Positions 45,643-55,963 of a stretch of 64,000 nt of DNA are shown piece after piece. Under the pieces are notes generated by a model that saw only the letters and a list, made by a program, of their open reading frames with translations, was not told the origin of the DNA and made no database searches. Source of the DNA: a virus; the IMG/VR virus record IMGVR_UViG_3300020171_000019, positions 1 through 64,000 of that record; one strand, written 5' to 3'. The position numbers and the translations under genes were made by a program. Positions within the stretch are counted from its first letter, which is position 1, and each line of letters starts with the position of its first letter.

Positions 45643-46373
45643 TCGTGTCGGTTGTTGTACCGGTCTGTAATGTGGATCAATTCACGGGGACGCTATTTTC
45701 CTTATCTCAACAGACGAGGATGGCTGACGAAATAGTGATGGTGATTGAGAGAAGATTGTTGGGATTGATTCCGCTGAAATGGGTTTGTAAGCAGTTGGAA
45801 CTGCCGATTGTCTGGTCTATAATCAAGGATGAGGACAGAGGGAAATCAGGCAAGCGCCGCAACATTGGAGCACGAGAGGCGAGGGGTGACATACTTCTCT
45901 TTGTAGATGACACGATTCTGCTACCAAACAATGCGATAGAACGAATGACGAGTTATTACCAGTCTGATTCATTGGCGGTATCTGCACGAATACTGTTGTG
46001 CTATGGCGACGAGGGGTGCATTGAAATGCCTCGCAAAGATGGCCTTTGTGCATGGGGGGCATACAGGCCGTGGACAAACACCTCAATGATTCAACGAGAC
46101 GTATTCTTCGACGTTGGAGCTTTTGATGAGGACGTGGATGACACAAAAGACGGCTGGGGGAACGATGATGAAGACATAACATATCGGATAATCAAAGCCG
46201 GAATTCCACACGTGATTGATACATCGGTGACTTGTATTCATCTTAACCATCCGCGGTATGCGGCTCGTGGGTGGACGGATGCAGGCAAGGCGTATTTTCA
46301 CAAGAAACACGGAATGACAGTTCCCGAAACACACCAATGGATACACGAAAGTGGACTCGTGAGGGTTGTATGA
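45639..46373 (+). CDS. Glycosyltransferase family 2
   Basis: VSVVVPV, RNIGA..A.GDILLFVDD, FDE...WGNDDED. Confidence 0.88.
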   Translation: MIVSVVVPVCNVDQFTGTLFSLSQQTRMADEIVMVIERRLLGLIPLKWVCKQLELPIVWSIIKDEDRGKSGKRRNIGAREARGDILLFVDDTILLPNNAIERMTSYYQSDSLAVSARILLCYGDEGCIEMPRKDGLCAWGAYRPWTNTSMIQRDVFFDVGAFDEDVDDTKDGWGNDDEDITYRIIKAGIPHVIDTSVTCIHLNHPRYAARGWTDAGKAYFHKKHGMTVPETHQWIHESGLVRVV

Positions 46374-47251
46374 CTTCTTGGTTGATTCTTCTGGACAATG
46401 ACGAAAAGGGCAGCACGTCCGTCAGGCATGCACGATACATTGAACGAGTCCTTCGATCCCAGCCAAAAGAGCACTCGGTGCAACGCTTGGTGTGGCGAGA
46501 AGGGATCGTTGTTCCTGATGCTGATATTGTGATTGACATAGGTTCACGGTGCCGGATTGAGGAGATAGGGGCTAAACTGAAGATCAACTACATCGAAGCC
46601 CTCCCGGGGTATCACACTCCCCTTGATGACAAGCGATATGACCTCTACATCTCGGGTAGTCCGCAACTGGCGCAGAATGACAGATGGCACTATATTCCAC
46701 CGCCGGTTGATCCTGCAATGTTCAAAGCGGACGAGCAACACAAGACTTCATTGCCAGAGATTGACGGAGTGACATACATCGGCCAATACTATGGTATGAA
46801 GTCATACCGGAAGGACATGAACCGGCTTCAGGATTTCTTACAGGCAGCGAGCGCGATGTATCCGGTCTCGGTCTATGGAGACAACTGGCAATCAGCGCGA
46901 CCACCGTTGAGGCTGATGCACCGGGGGTACTGTGACCTGATAGACTTGTGGTCAGTGTATCGACATAGCATAGCGATCAACACAACCAAGGGTCTTGACC
47001 ATTCTTCCACGGCTTGCAATCTGCGCCCTATGGAAACATGGGCATCTGGGGGCATCCTGTGGTCTGATCCATTGCCTCCAGAGTTCGACGAATGGTATGT
47101 CCCATTGGGTGAGATAAACAAGGAAAGCCTGTGCAATGAGATCATGGAAAGGATGGAGCCACAACGAGAGGAATTTCGTCGGGTAGTTTGTGAACGATAC
47201 AACTACCGTGTGTTTGTGGATAAACTTCTGCGGCTGACACAAGAATACTGA
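46370..47251 (+). CDS. GT-B glycosyltransferase-like protein (CgeB-like)
   Basis: PPVDP, VTYIG, VYGDNW, IAIN...NLRPMETWASGG. Confidence 0.7.
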   Translation: MTSWLILLDNDEKGSTSVRHARYIERVLRSQPKEHSVQRLVWREGIVVPDADIVIDIGSRCRIEEIGAKLKINYIEALPGYHTPLDDKRYDLYISGSPQLAQNDRWHYIPPPVDPAMFKADEQHKTSLPEIDGVTYIGQYYGMKSYRKDMNRLQDFLQAASAMYPVSVYGDNWQSARPPLRLMHRGYCDLIDLWSVYRHSIAINTTKGLDHSSTACNLRPMETWASGGILWSDPLPPEFDEWYVPLGEINKESLCNEIMERMEPQREEFRRVVCERYNYRVFVDKLLRLTQEY

Positions 47252-47260
47252 GAGGGCAAG

Positions 47261-48277
47261 ATGCGTATCGGTTTTTGGGTTGACGGCAATCGGATCGTGA
47301 CAGAATCGGACTTCCAGTCTCAACCCCTGGGAGGCACTGAGCACTCCATCTTGCGGCTGTCCCAAACACTGGCCGCACGAGGGCACGAGGTGTATCTGTC
47401 GGGGGCCACTGAAACCAGGGCAATACTTGATGGCCGTGTTGTGATTCTCCCAGCGACTTCTTTTCTGGCAATCCCCTATCTCGATGTGGTGATATGCACG
47501 AATGGATTGCATTCAATCCCGAATGCAAAGAGGGTCTTCTTGTGGTCGCACATCTACCAGTTTGATGCTCCCGATCCCGTTTCTATCTTGGATTGCGGCG
47601 GCATCGTCTATGCAAGTGAATCATATCGGGTGCTTCTGACGGAGAAATATCCGTGGCTTGAAGAGTCCAAGTGGTGGCAGATTCCCCTCGGAGTTGATAC
47701 AGCGCCAAAGACACGGCTCAAGCGGTACCCGTGGATAGCTTATGCAGCAATACCGAATCGGGGTCTCAGCGATTTATTGGCTTGGGTAGATGATTTTGTG
47801 GCCGCAGGAATTGAGAAAGTCATGGTTTACTCCGGATGGGAACTCTACTACCCATACCGCAAGGGATTAGAGGATCTTGCACCACTGGCGGAACACCCAA
47901 ATGTGCAGGTTATTGGGGCCTTGCCTTATCAGCAATTACAGAGAGAACTGTCAAGGTGCTTGATCTATTGCTACCCCTGTAATCTTTCTCAAGAGGAACC
48001 CTGGTGCCATTCTGTGCAGACTGCAATAGCCTGTGGTCTTCCGGTTGTGACGACGACTCCGAGGTGGCCGATGTCCGGGCGTGATCGTGGGCAGGTATGG
48101 TGCGGGAGCATAATCAGGAATGACCGCGAAGTGCAAGATCGCATGGTTGCGGCAGTGGCAAGACTCTGCGAGGACAAAGGATACTGGACTAAACTGCATA
48201 ACCAGGGCCAAGAAATCACACAAGAACACTCGTGGGACAAGATTGCCGAGCAATGGGAATCAGTACTCACGAGATAG
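47261..48277 (+). CDS. Glycosyltransferase family 4-like
   Basis: LGGTE, LAARGHEV, IPLGVD, RGL, YP...E...AIACGLPVV, SWDKIAEQW. Confidence 0.85.
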   Translation: MRIGFWVDGNRIVTESDFQSQPLGGTEHSILRLSQTLAARGHEVYLSGATETRAILDGRVVILPATSFLAIPYLDVVICTNGLHSIPNAKRVFLWSHIYQFDAPDPVSILDCGGIVYASESYRVLLTEKYPWLEESKWWQIPLGVDTAPKTRLKRYPWIAYAAIPNRGLSDLLAWVDDFVAAGIEKVMVYSGWELYYPYRKGLEDLAPLAEHPNVQVIGALPYQQLQRELSRCLIYCYPCNLSQEEPWCHSVQTAIACGLPVVTTTPRWPMSGRDRGQVWCGSIIRNDREVQDRMVAAVARLCEDKGYWTKLHNQGQEITQEHSWDKIAEQWESVLTR

Positions 48278-48286
48278 GAGAATGGC

Positions 48287-49417
48287 ATGGATGACCTGAC
48301 ATATCTACTGCAACCAGTGTACGGATGGAATGCTCCTTGGGACGCGAGTATCCTCTTAGGCAAGATTCACGCAGATGCAGAGGCGACCTGGCACAACTCC
48401 ACCAAGGCGGGTGTTGGCACTTGGGAAGGGCAGTCCGGATCAACCACGGCGCCGCCTTACATCAGGATGGTTACAGCGCGCGCGCGGGCATATCTGACTG
48501 CACCGATGAATGATCTCTTTCGGGATCGCGTGCATCAGGCTTGTGACTATCTCGTATCGGTCCAGCAACCGGACGGGCGATGGGAATCCACGAGTACGAC
48601 AGGGGCAGGTTCGACCATTGATGATGCTTTCGACACTGCGGAAACAGGATGGTTGCTTGCCGAGGCATCCAGGTTCTTTGGTATCCCTGCATACCGCACT
48701 GCGGCCATAAAGGCGGCGCAATGGCAGATTGCAGGGGCAGTGACGGCACAATACGCCGATCCTGAGTATTACGCGGCACACCCAGGAGATTCGCCGCTCA
48801 AGCAAGTGATGGGTTTCCAGAATGCAAACTTCGTTGGGTCCATCATTAGGCACCTGTGCGCCGCATTGTCTCACGTCACCGACCTGATGTTGCGCGACTC
48901 CATCCTGCAGGCAATCCGGGAGGCCGCCGTAGCCCTTGACAGTTGGTTGATACAGACAAACGGCATTTTTGGCACATGGCAGCACTACGGGGATTACCCG
49001 AGTGGCTTGGCTGGAGGCAGCAATGTCAAGGCAATGACATATCACGATTTGGCCGTCTCTGGACTGTTTGCGGCGTCGCCTTATATGGCCGAGACCGTGA
49101 AGCTGGAACCGAACATATACCGAGCGATCAACTACGCCATACGGCAGCAGCAGCCGAACGGGTTGACGCTGTATCGTCCTGACGGCATAGCAACCGGGCC
49201 TTATGGAGGCTGGACTGTGGCGGATGGACTTCGCACTACAGTTCGGAATCCGGTGAATCAATTCCGAGGAGCGATCTTTCTCTTTGCTCTGGGGAAAGCC
49301 TGTGATGGTGTGAACTGGCAGGGAACAGGCAAGGCGATGATGGAGCAGAGAATGGTGTTGCTGAGATTCATTGCAGCCTATCAGCGTTGGCAGTCTTGGT
49401 GGAGAGGCGGGCAGTAG
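48287..49417 (+). CDS. Alpha/alpha-barrel protein with prenyltransferase/squalene-cyclase-type QW repeats
   Basis: ACDYLVSVQQPDGRW, WLIQTNG..GTW, AINYAIRQQQPNG. Confidence 0.7.
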   Translation: MDDLTYLLQPVYGWNAPWDASILLGKIHADAEATWHNSTKAGVGTWEGQSGSTTAPPYIRMVTARARAYLTAPMNDLFRDRVHQACDYLVSVQQPDGRWESTSTTGAGSTIDDAFDTAETGWLLAEASRFFGIPAYRTAAIKAAQWQIAGAVTAQYADPEYYAAHPGDSPLKQVMGFQNANFVGSIIRHLCAALSHVTDLMLRDSILQAIREAAVALDSWLIQTNGIFGTWQHYGDYPSGLAGGSNVKAMTYHDLAVSGLFAASPYMAETVKLEPNIYRAINYAIRQQQPNGLTLYRPDGIATGPYGGWTVADGLRTTVRNPVNQFRGAIFLFALGKACDGVNWQGTGKAMMEQRMVLLRFIAAYQRWQSWWRGGQ

Positions 49418-49418
49418 A

Positions 49419-51665
49419 GTGCCAGACACCCTAACAACCCCTCCCTATGGGACACTGACCGAGTGGGATTATCACGATCTGCTGTCCCGGCTGAATACGG
49501 CGAGCGACAGCACCTGGTACAACATGACTGGAGCGGGTGCGGGGACGTGGGAGGGACAGAGTGCCACAAGCACGCCACCAGCACGAATACGGAACATTAC
49601 TGCGCGAATCAGGACGCACATGCGAGGGACGAACTCGATATACCTGATTCAGGCAAGGGCGGCGCTGAATTACTTTGTAGCACAGCAGGAGGCCGATGGA
49701 CGATGGGAATCAACAAGCTCAACATCTCCGGGATCGACAGTAGATGATGCGTTCGATACCGCCGAGGTTGTGACTGTGCTTTGGCAAGGCTATGAGTATT
49801 TCGATGACGAAACATACCATGTGGCGGCCAGGCAGGGAGCGCAATGGCTCCTGACTGGCACTGTGAGCAGCACCTATTGCGATCCCGTATACTATGCAGC
49901 ACATCCCACGGATGGGCCACTGGCACAATGCATAGGATTCAGCAATGCAAACTTCATAGGCTCAATCCTTCGGGCTATCTGTCCACTGGTTTACGAGTTA
50001 GTACTGGGAGCGGAAGCGTCGGCAACAGCAGCGGTTCAGGCATTACTTGATGTGCAGGATGCGAATGGGACATGGGCGCATTACCTTGGGTCTAGTTCAG
50101 ACACCACTAAGAGTGTTGTGTATCACGAATTGACGGCGGTGGGACTCGTTGCAGCCTATGATGACCTTTCGATGTCGGTTGCTTTGAGGGCAAACGTGAA
50201 GCACTCGATATTCCTGGCCGTGCAATATCTGATCAATCAACAGGCCAGTAGTGGCAAATTCCACTTAACCCCAGGTTCTTTTACTGAAACGGTTGCAGGC
50301 GGATGGTTACTGGCAGCAGCGATGAGATCAACATTGACGGACGCAGCGAATCAAGAGGCTGCAGCAATGGCACTCTGGGCGCTCGGGCCAGCTATGGATG
50401 CACTTGTGTGGGATTACGCTGGTGCCGTGGCAATGGAAAACAGGATGATACTCTACAGGAACATCGCGGAGTATCTGAGTTGGCAGGCTTGGTTAGGGGT
50501 AAGCGCATCAATTGGAGGAGGTGGGACGACATTGGCACAAGGCGACTTTATGCAAATGGGTGTGGCAGTTGAGATCAAAAACCCCTCATTCCGGTGGGGG
50601 ACGGAGAAAACTACTACATTGAATGGGGTATATACCTCAACAACTACGCTGAATGTTAACGCAACGACACCGACGCTGGTGCAGGTTTTCAAGGCCAAAG
50701 ACAGGATACTCGTGGGGCCTTCTACGGATACCGACAGCGCAGATACCGGGCATCAAGAGACACGACAGATAACGGCAGTAGGGGCAACGTCTTTTACGCT
50801 AGTGACTGCACTCACTTATGACTACTTCAGCACTGATCCAGTTGGTGGTATCGGCTCGAATCTGGCCGGAGGATGGACGCCTGCGGGCAATGTGGTCATG
50901 GGCGGGATCGACGGAGGAGGCAAGGACGACGACTATGCGCAAAAGATCAACTTTGGGGCCGCAACGAGTGACTATCTCGAACAGACCGGACTTGCGACAC
51001 TGGAGGTAGCCACCAAGTACCGCCTTGGATGTTACATCAAGTCGGGATTGGGTGGTGTCAATAACAAAATCCGCGTGAAGGCCCACGATGGAGCCAGTTA
51101 CTTCATTGGCGCTGCCACGTCTGTAGGGATGGATAGCAAGACAAGCTTCACCCGATACACGGATACGGGCACAACATCATCTACGTGGACTTTGCTTGGT
51201 GCTGCAGCGATCCGGACCGAATGGATGATGGGCACGCCAACAGATACGGAAATCGATTGCGTATGGCTGGAGCACGCGAAAGGGACAACGGCGGCGTCTT
51301 CTGGTTTCTACACGTTCACAGAAGTGCCTAACTTGGGCATTCAGTGGGGCAGAGAGCCACAGTTCTCATCTCGGAGACTGGCGAACAACACACTGCGACG
51401 ATATGCTTCGTCGGGCGCAGGACAGAAGACCCGGAAGCATTTCGCGGAGATGCAATTCTCATGGGCGTCACAAGCATTCTGGGATAATCTGATGGTCTTC
51501 CAGAATTGGCAGGAGCAAGGCCAACTCCTGTCCTTTCACCCCTTCATAGATGACTTGCCTCCAGTGATGGTGGGCGTAATGGACGTCATCGAAAGCAATC
51601 GGGCCAAGAAAGAACAGTGGGATCTGGGACAGCACTCCTTCACCCTCACATTCCTGGAGGTGTGA
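49419..51665 (+). CDS. Fusion of an alpha/alpha-barrel paralogue to a probable distal tail protein with beta-rich insertions
   Basis: N-terminal ~360 aa colinear with 48287..49417; CBM-like middle; ends HSFTLTFLEV; position between TMP and the Tal-like gene. Confidence 0.65.
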   Translation: MPDTLTTPPYGTLTEWDYHDLLSRLNTASDSTWYNMTGAGAGTWEGQSATSTPPARIRNITARIRTHMRGTNSIYLIQARAALNYFVAQQEADGRWESTSSTSPGSTVDDAFDTAEVVTVLWQGYEYFDDETYHVAARQGAQWLLTGTVSSTYCDPVYYAAHPTDGPLAQCIGFSNANFIGSILRAICPLVYELVLGAEASATAAVQALLDVQDANGTWAHYLGSSSDTTKSVVYHELTAVGLVAAYDDLSMSVALRANVKHSIFLAVQYLINQQASSGKFHLTPGSFTETVAGGWLLAAAMRSTLTDAANQEAAAMALWALGPAMDALVWDYAGAVAMENRMILYRNIAEYLSWQAWLGVSASIGGGGTTLAQGDFMQMGVAVEIKNPSFRWGTEKTTTLNGVYTSTTTLNVNATTPTLVQVFKAKDRILVGPSTDTDSADTGHQETRQITAVGATSFTLVTALTYDYFSTDPVGGIGSNLAGGWTPAGNVVMGGIDGGGKDDDYAQKINFGAATSDYLEQTGLATLEVATKYRLGCYIKSGLGGVNNKIRVKAHDGASYFIGAATSVGMDSKTSFTRYTDTGTTSSTWTLLGAAAIRTEWMMGTPTDTEIDCVWLEHAKGTTAASSGFYTFTEVPNLGIQWGREPQFSSRRLANNTLRRYASSGAGQKTRKHFAEMQFSWASQAFWDNLMVFQNWQEQGQLLSFHPFIDDLPPVMVGVMDVIESNRAKKEQWDLGQHSFTLTFLEV

Positions 51666-51666
51666 C

Positions 51667-52194
51667 ATGCGAGGTGCGGCATTGGCGGTATTGGTTTGGC
51701 TGTCCTTGCTCTGTTGGTTATCTGGCTGTGGAGGCCACAAGACGACCATTGGTCTGACGGTTAGACCGGATGATCATTCCGGATCGGTGACTGTGACCGT
51801 GGAACCTGCAGGCACAACGAACAAGCCGCAGGACAGTGATGCCGATCTATTGGATAGCAACCTCGGTGAGATATACTTCGACTTTGACAGTGCCTTTCTC
51901 GGGCCAGAGTCAAAACCTGTTCTTCTGCACCATGCGAGGTTGCTTGTGAAAAACTCCGAGATGCAGTTGCGGCTTGACGGGCACTGCGACGAGCGAGGAA
52001 CAGAGGAATACAATCTGGCCCTCGGGGAACGGCGAGCACGAGCGACGAAGGACTATCTGCTCAGGTACGGTATATCGTCAATGCGGGTGTCGATTCGCAG
52101 TTATGGAGAAGAACAGCCTGTCGACCGACGGCACACAGAAGAGTCATGGGCGGCGAACAGGCGGGTTGAGTTTCACCAAGAGTGGGGGAACTGA
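51667..52194 (+). CDS. pal: Pal-like peptidoglycan-associated lipoprotein (OmpA-C domain)
   Basis: Lipobox LSGC; IYFDFDS, GHCDERGTEEYNLALGERRA, SYGEEQP, W..NRRVEF. Confidence 0.92.
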   Translation: MRGAALAVLVWLSLLCWLSGCGGHKTTIGLTVRPDDHSGSVTVTVEPAGTTNKPQDSDADLLDSNLGEIYFDFDSAFLGPESKPVLLHHARLLVKNSEMQLRLDGHCDERGTEEYNLALGERRARATKDYLLRYGISSMRVSIRSYGEEQPVDRRHTEESWAANRRVEFHQEWGN

Positions 52195-55100
52195 TGCCAG
52201 ATACAAGCCAGACATTCCAGAATCGACTCGAAGATCTGATTGTATCGGGGGAGCTGAAATTCTACATTGCCGACGACAATGATGCATGGGTAGATTTCTC
52301 GGATCATCTTGCGACTACAGGAAAGAACACCCTTGCGCAACTCGGGGAAATAACACACCGCACAGAAGATAAGGCCGCACAGGGAAGCTTCCAGACATCT
52401 ATTGCAACGATACTGCTGGACAATTCTGATCATTTCTGGGATGGCGCGACGCCGACCGGCTTGCTGACTACCACAGGTGCGGCGGCGTCTTTTGCTGCAT
52501 CGAAAAACTACGAGAGCACGGCGTGGTATAGGTCTCGGGTGAAGATTGCCTACAGGCTCAACCTGAAAGATGGCACGACCGAACAGGGCGATCTTGGGAT
52601 TTTCCTCATCGATGGACTTGGGACACAAACAGACTCCGGGACAGCAGAACTTCGGGTTGTTGGACTCGCAAGGGCACTGATGGAAGAGTCTGCCGAATCT
52701 GTCAAAGATGGACAGGGATGGTATTCAAATCGTTCCATTGTGTTTTTGATCAAGGAACTCCTGAAGGTCACACATGGGGAATCACTGCCGTCAACATTTG
52801 TGCTACCCGCAAAAATTGACATCGCAACATATGATGGCAATAGGACGTGCTCCTCCTTCGGGCGACCTCCTGAGTGGGATGGCACCGCATGGCTGAGAAA
52901 AGGTTACACGACCAGGGCAACGTTGTGGGCGAATGGAGGGAATGGGAATCGACTGTATCTGGGGTGCGACGAGCACATCTACGAATACAACCCGGCGACG
53001 GATACATATACAAGGATGACGGCGGCGGTATCTGAATTAGGAACGGGTGTTTATGTCAGGCGGCTCTGGTATAACAGCAGACATGCAAGTAAGCCAATTT
53101 GGGGAGTTGCATGGGCAAACCAGAGTACATCATCTTCTACTGTGTCGATGGTCATTTTCTCGGTCGATGCTGATGCTGGAACGAAGGTGGTCGCTGTAAC
53201 AACTATTAGTTCTGTGTGGACTGGCGAGTTTTGCCAGAGGAGTGGTGCAATCTGGACAACTCAGCGAAGACTTGGCCAAGGGGTAAGTGTAAATACTGGA
53301 GAAAATTTGTGTGTCCCATTTGCACAACGAATAGTCTCGGTCGATGGACTGGCAAGCGTTTATTATGAGAATCTTGCTGGGATTTGGACGGATACGACAG
53401 AGTGGAATGATGGTACCTTGCCTCTTCTCAATAGCGAGTCGCCATATTTGTCTTTTGCACGAGGAACAGGGACTGAATCACTGGCTGTGCGATGGTCAAT
53501 GGGGCAACAGGGATTTTGCGTCTATCAGGACGCAGGAAGCACGGTGGGAGTGATTGTGTTTGCGACACACAACCTTGGTACCGATGGCAAGACTGAAATA
53601 AGCATCAAAGCCTATGACGTGGGCACTGGGGCAGCACCAGCAACACTTATCAGTAATTGGCAAGATGGGTCTGGATACCAGCATCAGCCGACTTGCGGGG
53701 TTGCGGTGGATGGTGACGATATAATGATCGGTTCTGTGGCCTGGGTGGATAATCTAACACCCACGGAGAGTTATACATACTTGACCAGAGTGGATGTGGT
53801 AACAGGTACGCGTTGGCTTTACTACAATAGCACACTGGACGCAACATCTATTTATAGGACATTCCTGGAGCTTGCTTACAATGCAGCAGGTCAAAGCGAT
53901 AATGGCACAGGACTACATGTTATTACATTGCAGCGTGATAAGGTTGGTACGTCTACGGCATTTCAATTTGGAACACATTCGGCGGCAGGTGCGGCTAATG
54001 CCATTGCCGTGAAGCACTATTCCGATCGGCCACTTCGGGGATTGGTGCCAGACCTGAACCTATCAACGGGCGAATGGAATACCTTCTTTGTGGAGGTGGG
54101 AAGCTGTCGGCTTTATCAATATACCATTCATGTGACGGGGCCTCCAGAAACAAGCGATGACGTAGTCCTATTGAATGATGGATATCCGATCGTGGATGAT
54201 GAGATGATGCTTGCCTCCAATATGACCATAGATGGGAATACACAGACGGCCAATATCATTTATGGCATATCTGCGCCGGGATGGACTGCAGAGACTCAAT
54301 CCGTAGCTCCATCCGGGAAATTCTATCTCTGGAAATACGACATCTACCGATCGAGCCGCGTGGAGCTTGCGGATTTCTCAGGCTTGAAGGTGTGGGATGC
54401 CCTTGAGCTGCTTGTGCAGAAGGCGGACTATGTTATGGGTTACGAGACGGATGGTGACTTCTTTTGCGTCCCGAGGCCGCCGTTGGACACACCTGACTAC
54501 ATCTTCATCAATGATGCAACCCGGAATCGAGTCTATGATATTGACAAAAACTTCGGATGGGATGAGGTCTACAATATCGCGGAGGTTACGCCTTATCGTG
54601 TGACATTCAAGCAGGCAACAGCACAGAATACGCTGAAGGCGCGACCGTCAGGCACCTATACGGATGCAAGCGGAAATGCGATGGAACAGCCAATGTTCGC
54701 ACCGATGTATGTGGATACCAGGGATACGCGGACACAATCGCTGTTACTCAGATGCACAAGATCCGGCAGCATGATTGCCGGCACTGATACTGCGTGTCCT
54801 AAATTCGCATGGCTTGTGTATGATCCTGTCATTACGACGCGACTGGCGATTAGTATAACAACGAACCAGACGACAGGGATTGTGCTTGGTTCGGTATATG
54901 GTGGAGCAGACAACGAGAACGGCATTCATTCGCTTGACTACATGGTTATGAAAAACCGGAACGACGGGTCGGACATCATCCGGCAAATCCTGACTGTGGA
55001 CAGTGACACAAACACGGTGACATTACAACCAGGGGGCACATACGGAGGAGGATTCGGGCAGGCATTCAATGCGGACGATCCTGCCTACGTGATCAAGCGC

Positions 55101-55877
55101 AATAATATCGATGACCAAAACCACGATCCCTCTACGTGGTCAGATGAGGGGGTTGCTTATGTGACATCGGCGACGATGGATAGTCCTAACACCTATTTAA
55201 CTGTCAGTTCTGTCGATGACTTGAGTGTCGGACTGATGGTTGGGACCGAACAGAGCGAGGCCAGGGTCACTGTCATTAATCCTGCGACGAACACTATCAC
55301 CGTCAATGCATCTATGTCGTGGACGATATACGAGCCACTAAAGGCATGGGTTGCACCCAAAACAAACGATACCCAGTACGCTGTAGGCAATAGGCAGGTG
55401 TTTTTGAAGTTCCAGATCCCGACTACGGGCACTGTGGATCGCGATTGGACGGCGACATTTCTGGAGGGTGACAAGATCGAAATCACATGTCCCGGCATGG
55501 AACTGGCGGCGGATGAGCAGAGCAAACAATCCCACTTTGACAATCCATCTATTGCAAAATACGGACGCAGACCATTCCCTGTGCAACAGAACAAGTTCCT
55601 CGACTATCGGCTTGCCAAGGATTGGGCTAAACGACTTGTGCGAACATATGCAGACCCAGCTTACGTTCTGACAGTTACGGGGTTGTTCCTGCCTTACCTG
55701 TCATTTCTGACATCGGCGAATACCCTATACCGGGCGTCTGTCGTGAGTGAGCAGTTGTTTCCTCTGAGCCAAGAATATGGCCGGATCTTTGCACAGATTG
55801 GCTACATTCGGGAGATACGACACGACGCAGGAAAGGGCACGACGACCGTGGTGCTGCGAAGCGCACGGGCATACTGA
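52194..55877 (+). CDS. Large tail-tip / baseplate hub (Tal-like) protein
   Basis: 1227 aa, beta-rich; LDNSD.F, ADFSG..VWDAL..L, DGDFF, SIAKYG pattern; TGATG-coupled to pal. Confidence 0.7.
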   Translation: MPDTSQTFQNRLEDLIVSGELKFYIADDNDAWVDFSDHLATTGKNTLAQLGEITHRTEDKAAQGSFQTSIATILLDNSDHFWDGATPTGLLTTTGAAASFAASKNYESTAWYRSRVKIAYRLNLKDGTTEQGDLGIFLIDGLGTQTDSGTAELRVVGLARALMEESAESVKDGQGWYSNRSIVFLIKELLKVTHGESLPSTFVLPAKIDIATYDGNRTCSSFGRPPEWDGTAWLRKGYTTRATLWANGGNGNRLYLGCDEHIYEYNPATDTYTRMTAAVSELGTGVYVRRLWYNSRHASKPIWGVAWANQSTSSSTVSMVIFSVDADAGTKVVAVTTISSVWTGEFCQRSGAIWTTQRRLGQGVSVNTGENLCVPFAQRIVSVDGLASVYYENLAGIWTDTTEWNDGTLPLLNSESPYLSFARGTGTESLAVRWSMGQQGFCVYQDAGSTVGVIVFATHNLGTDGKTEISIKAYDVGTGAAPATLISNWQDGSGYQHQPTCGVAVDGDDIMIGSVAWVDNLTPTESYTYLTRVDVVTGTRWLYYNSTLDATSIYRTFLELAYNAAGQSDNGTGLHVITLQRDKVGTSTAFQFGTHSAAGAANAIAVKHYSDRPLRGLVPDLNLSTGEWNTFFVEVGSCRLYQYTIHVTGPPETSDDVVLLNDGYPIVDDEMMLASNMTIDGNTQTANIIYGISAPGWTAETQSVAPSGKFYLWKYDIYRSSRVELADFSGLKVWDALELLVQKADYVMGYETDGDFFCVPRPPLDTPDYIFINDATRNRVYDIDKNFGWDEVYNIAEVTPYRVTFKQATAQNTLKARPSGTYTDASGNAMEQPMFAPMYVDTRDTRTQSLLLRCTRSGSMIAGTDTACPKFAWLVYDPVITTRLAISITTNQTTGIVLGSVYGGADNENGIHSLDYMVMKNRNDGSDIIRQILTVDSDTNTVTLQPGGTYGGGFGQAFNADDPAYVIKRNNIDDQNHDPSTWSDEGVAYVTSATMDSPNTYLTVSSVDDLSVGLMVGTEQSEARVTVINPATNTITVNASMSWTIYEPLKAWVAPKTNDTQYAVGNRQVFLKFQIPTTGTVDRDWTATFLEGDKIEITCPGMELAADEQSKQSHFDNPSIAKYGRRPFPVQQNKFLDYRLAKDWAKRLVRTYADPAYVLTVTGLFLPYLSFLTSANTLYRASVVSEQLFPLSQEYGRIFAQIGYIREIRHDAGKGTTTVVLRSARAY

Positions 55878-55885
55878 GAAAACGC

Positions 55886-55914
55886 TTGACAGTATGCAAC
55901 AAAAGAATTATCTT
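55886..55914 (+). promoter_or_regulatory. Sigma70-type promoter of the post-tail glycosyltransferase operon
   Basis: TTGACA-N17-TATCTT. Confidence 0.7.
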
Positions 55915-55963
55915 TCATAACAAAAGCATTCCTGTCTTGCATTCTCCCGAGAAAGGATTCCGT

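Noticed and set aside
36060-55877. Contractile tail (myovirus) suggested by Mu-like head and neck genes
   Set aside because: No sheath or baseplate wedge genes were recognised, and the tube-chaperone-TMP-Dit-Tal order fits a non-contractile tail.
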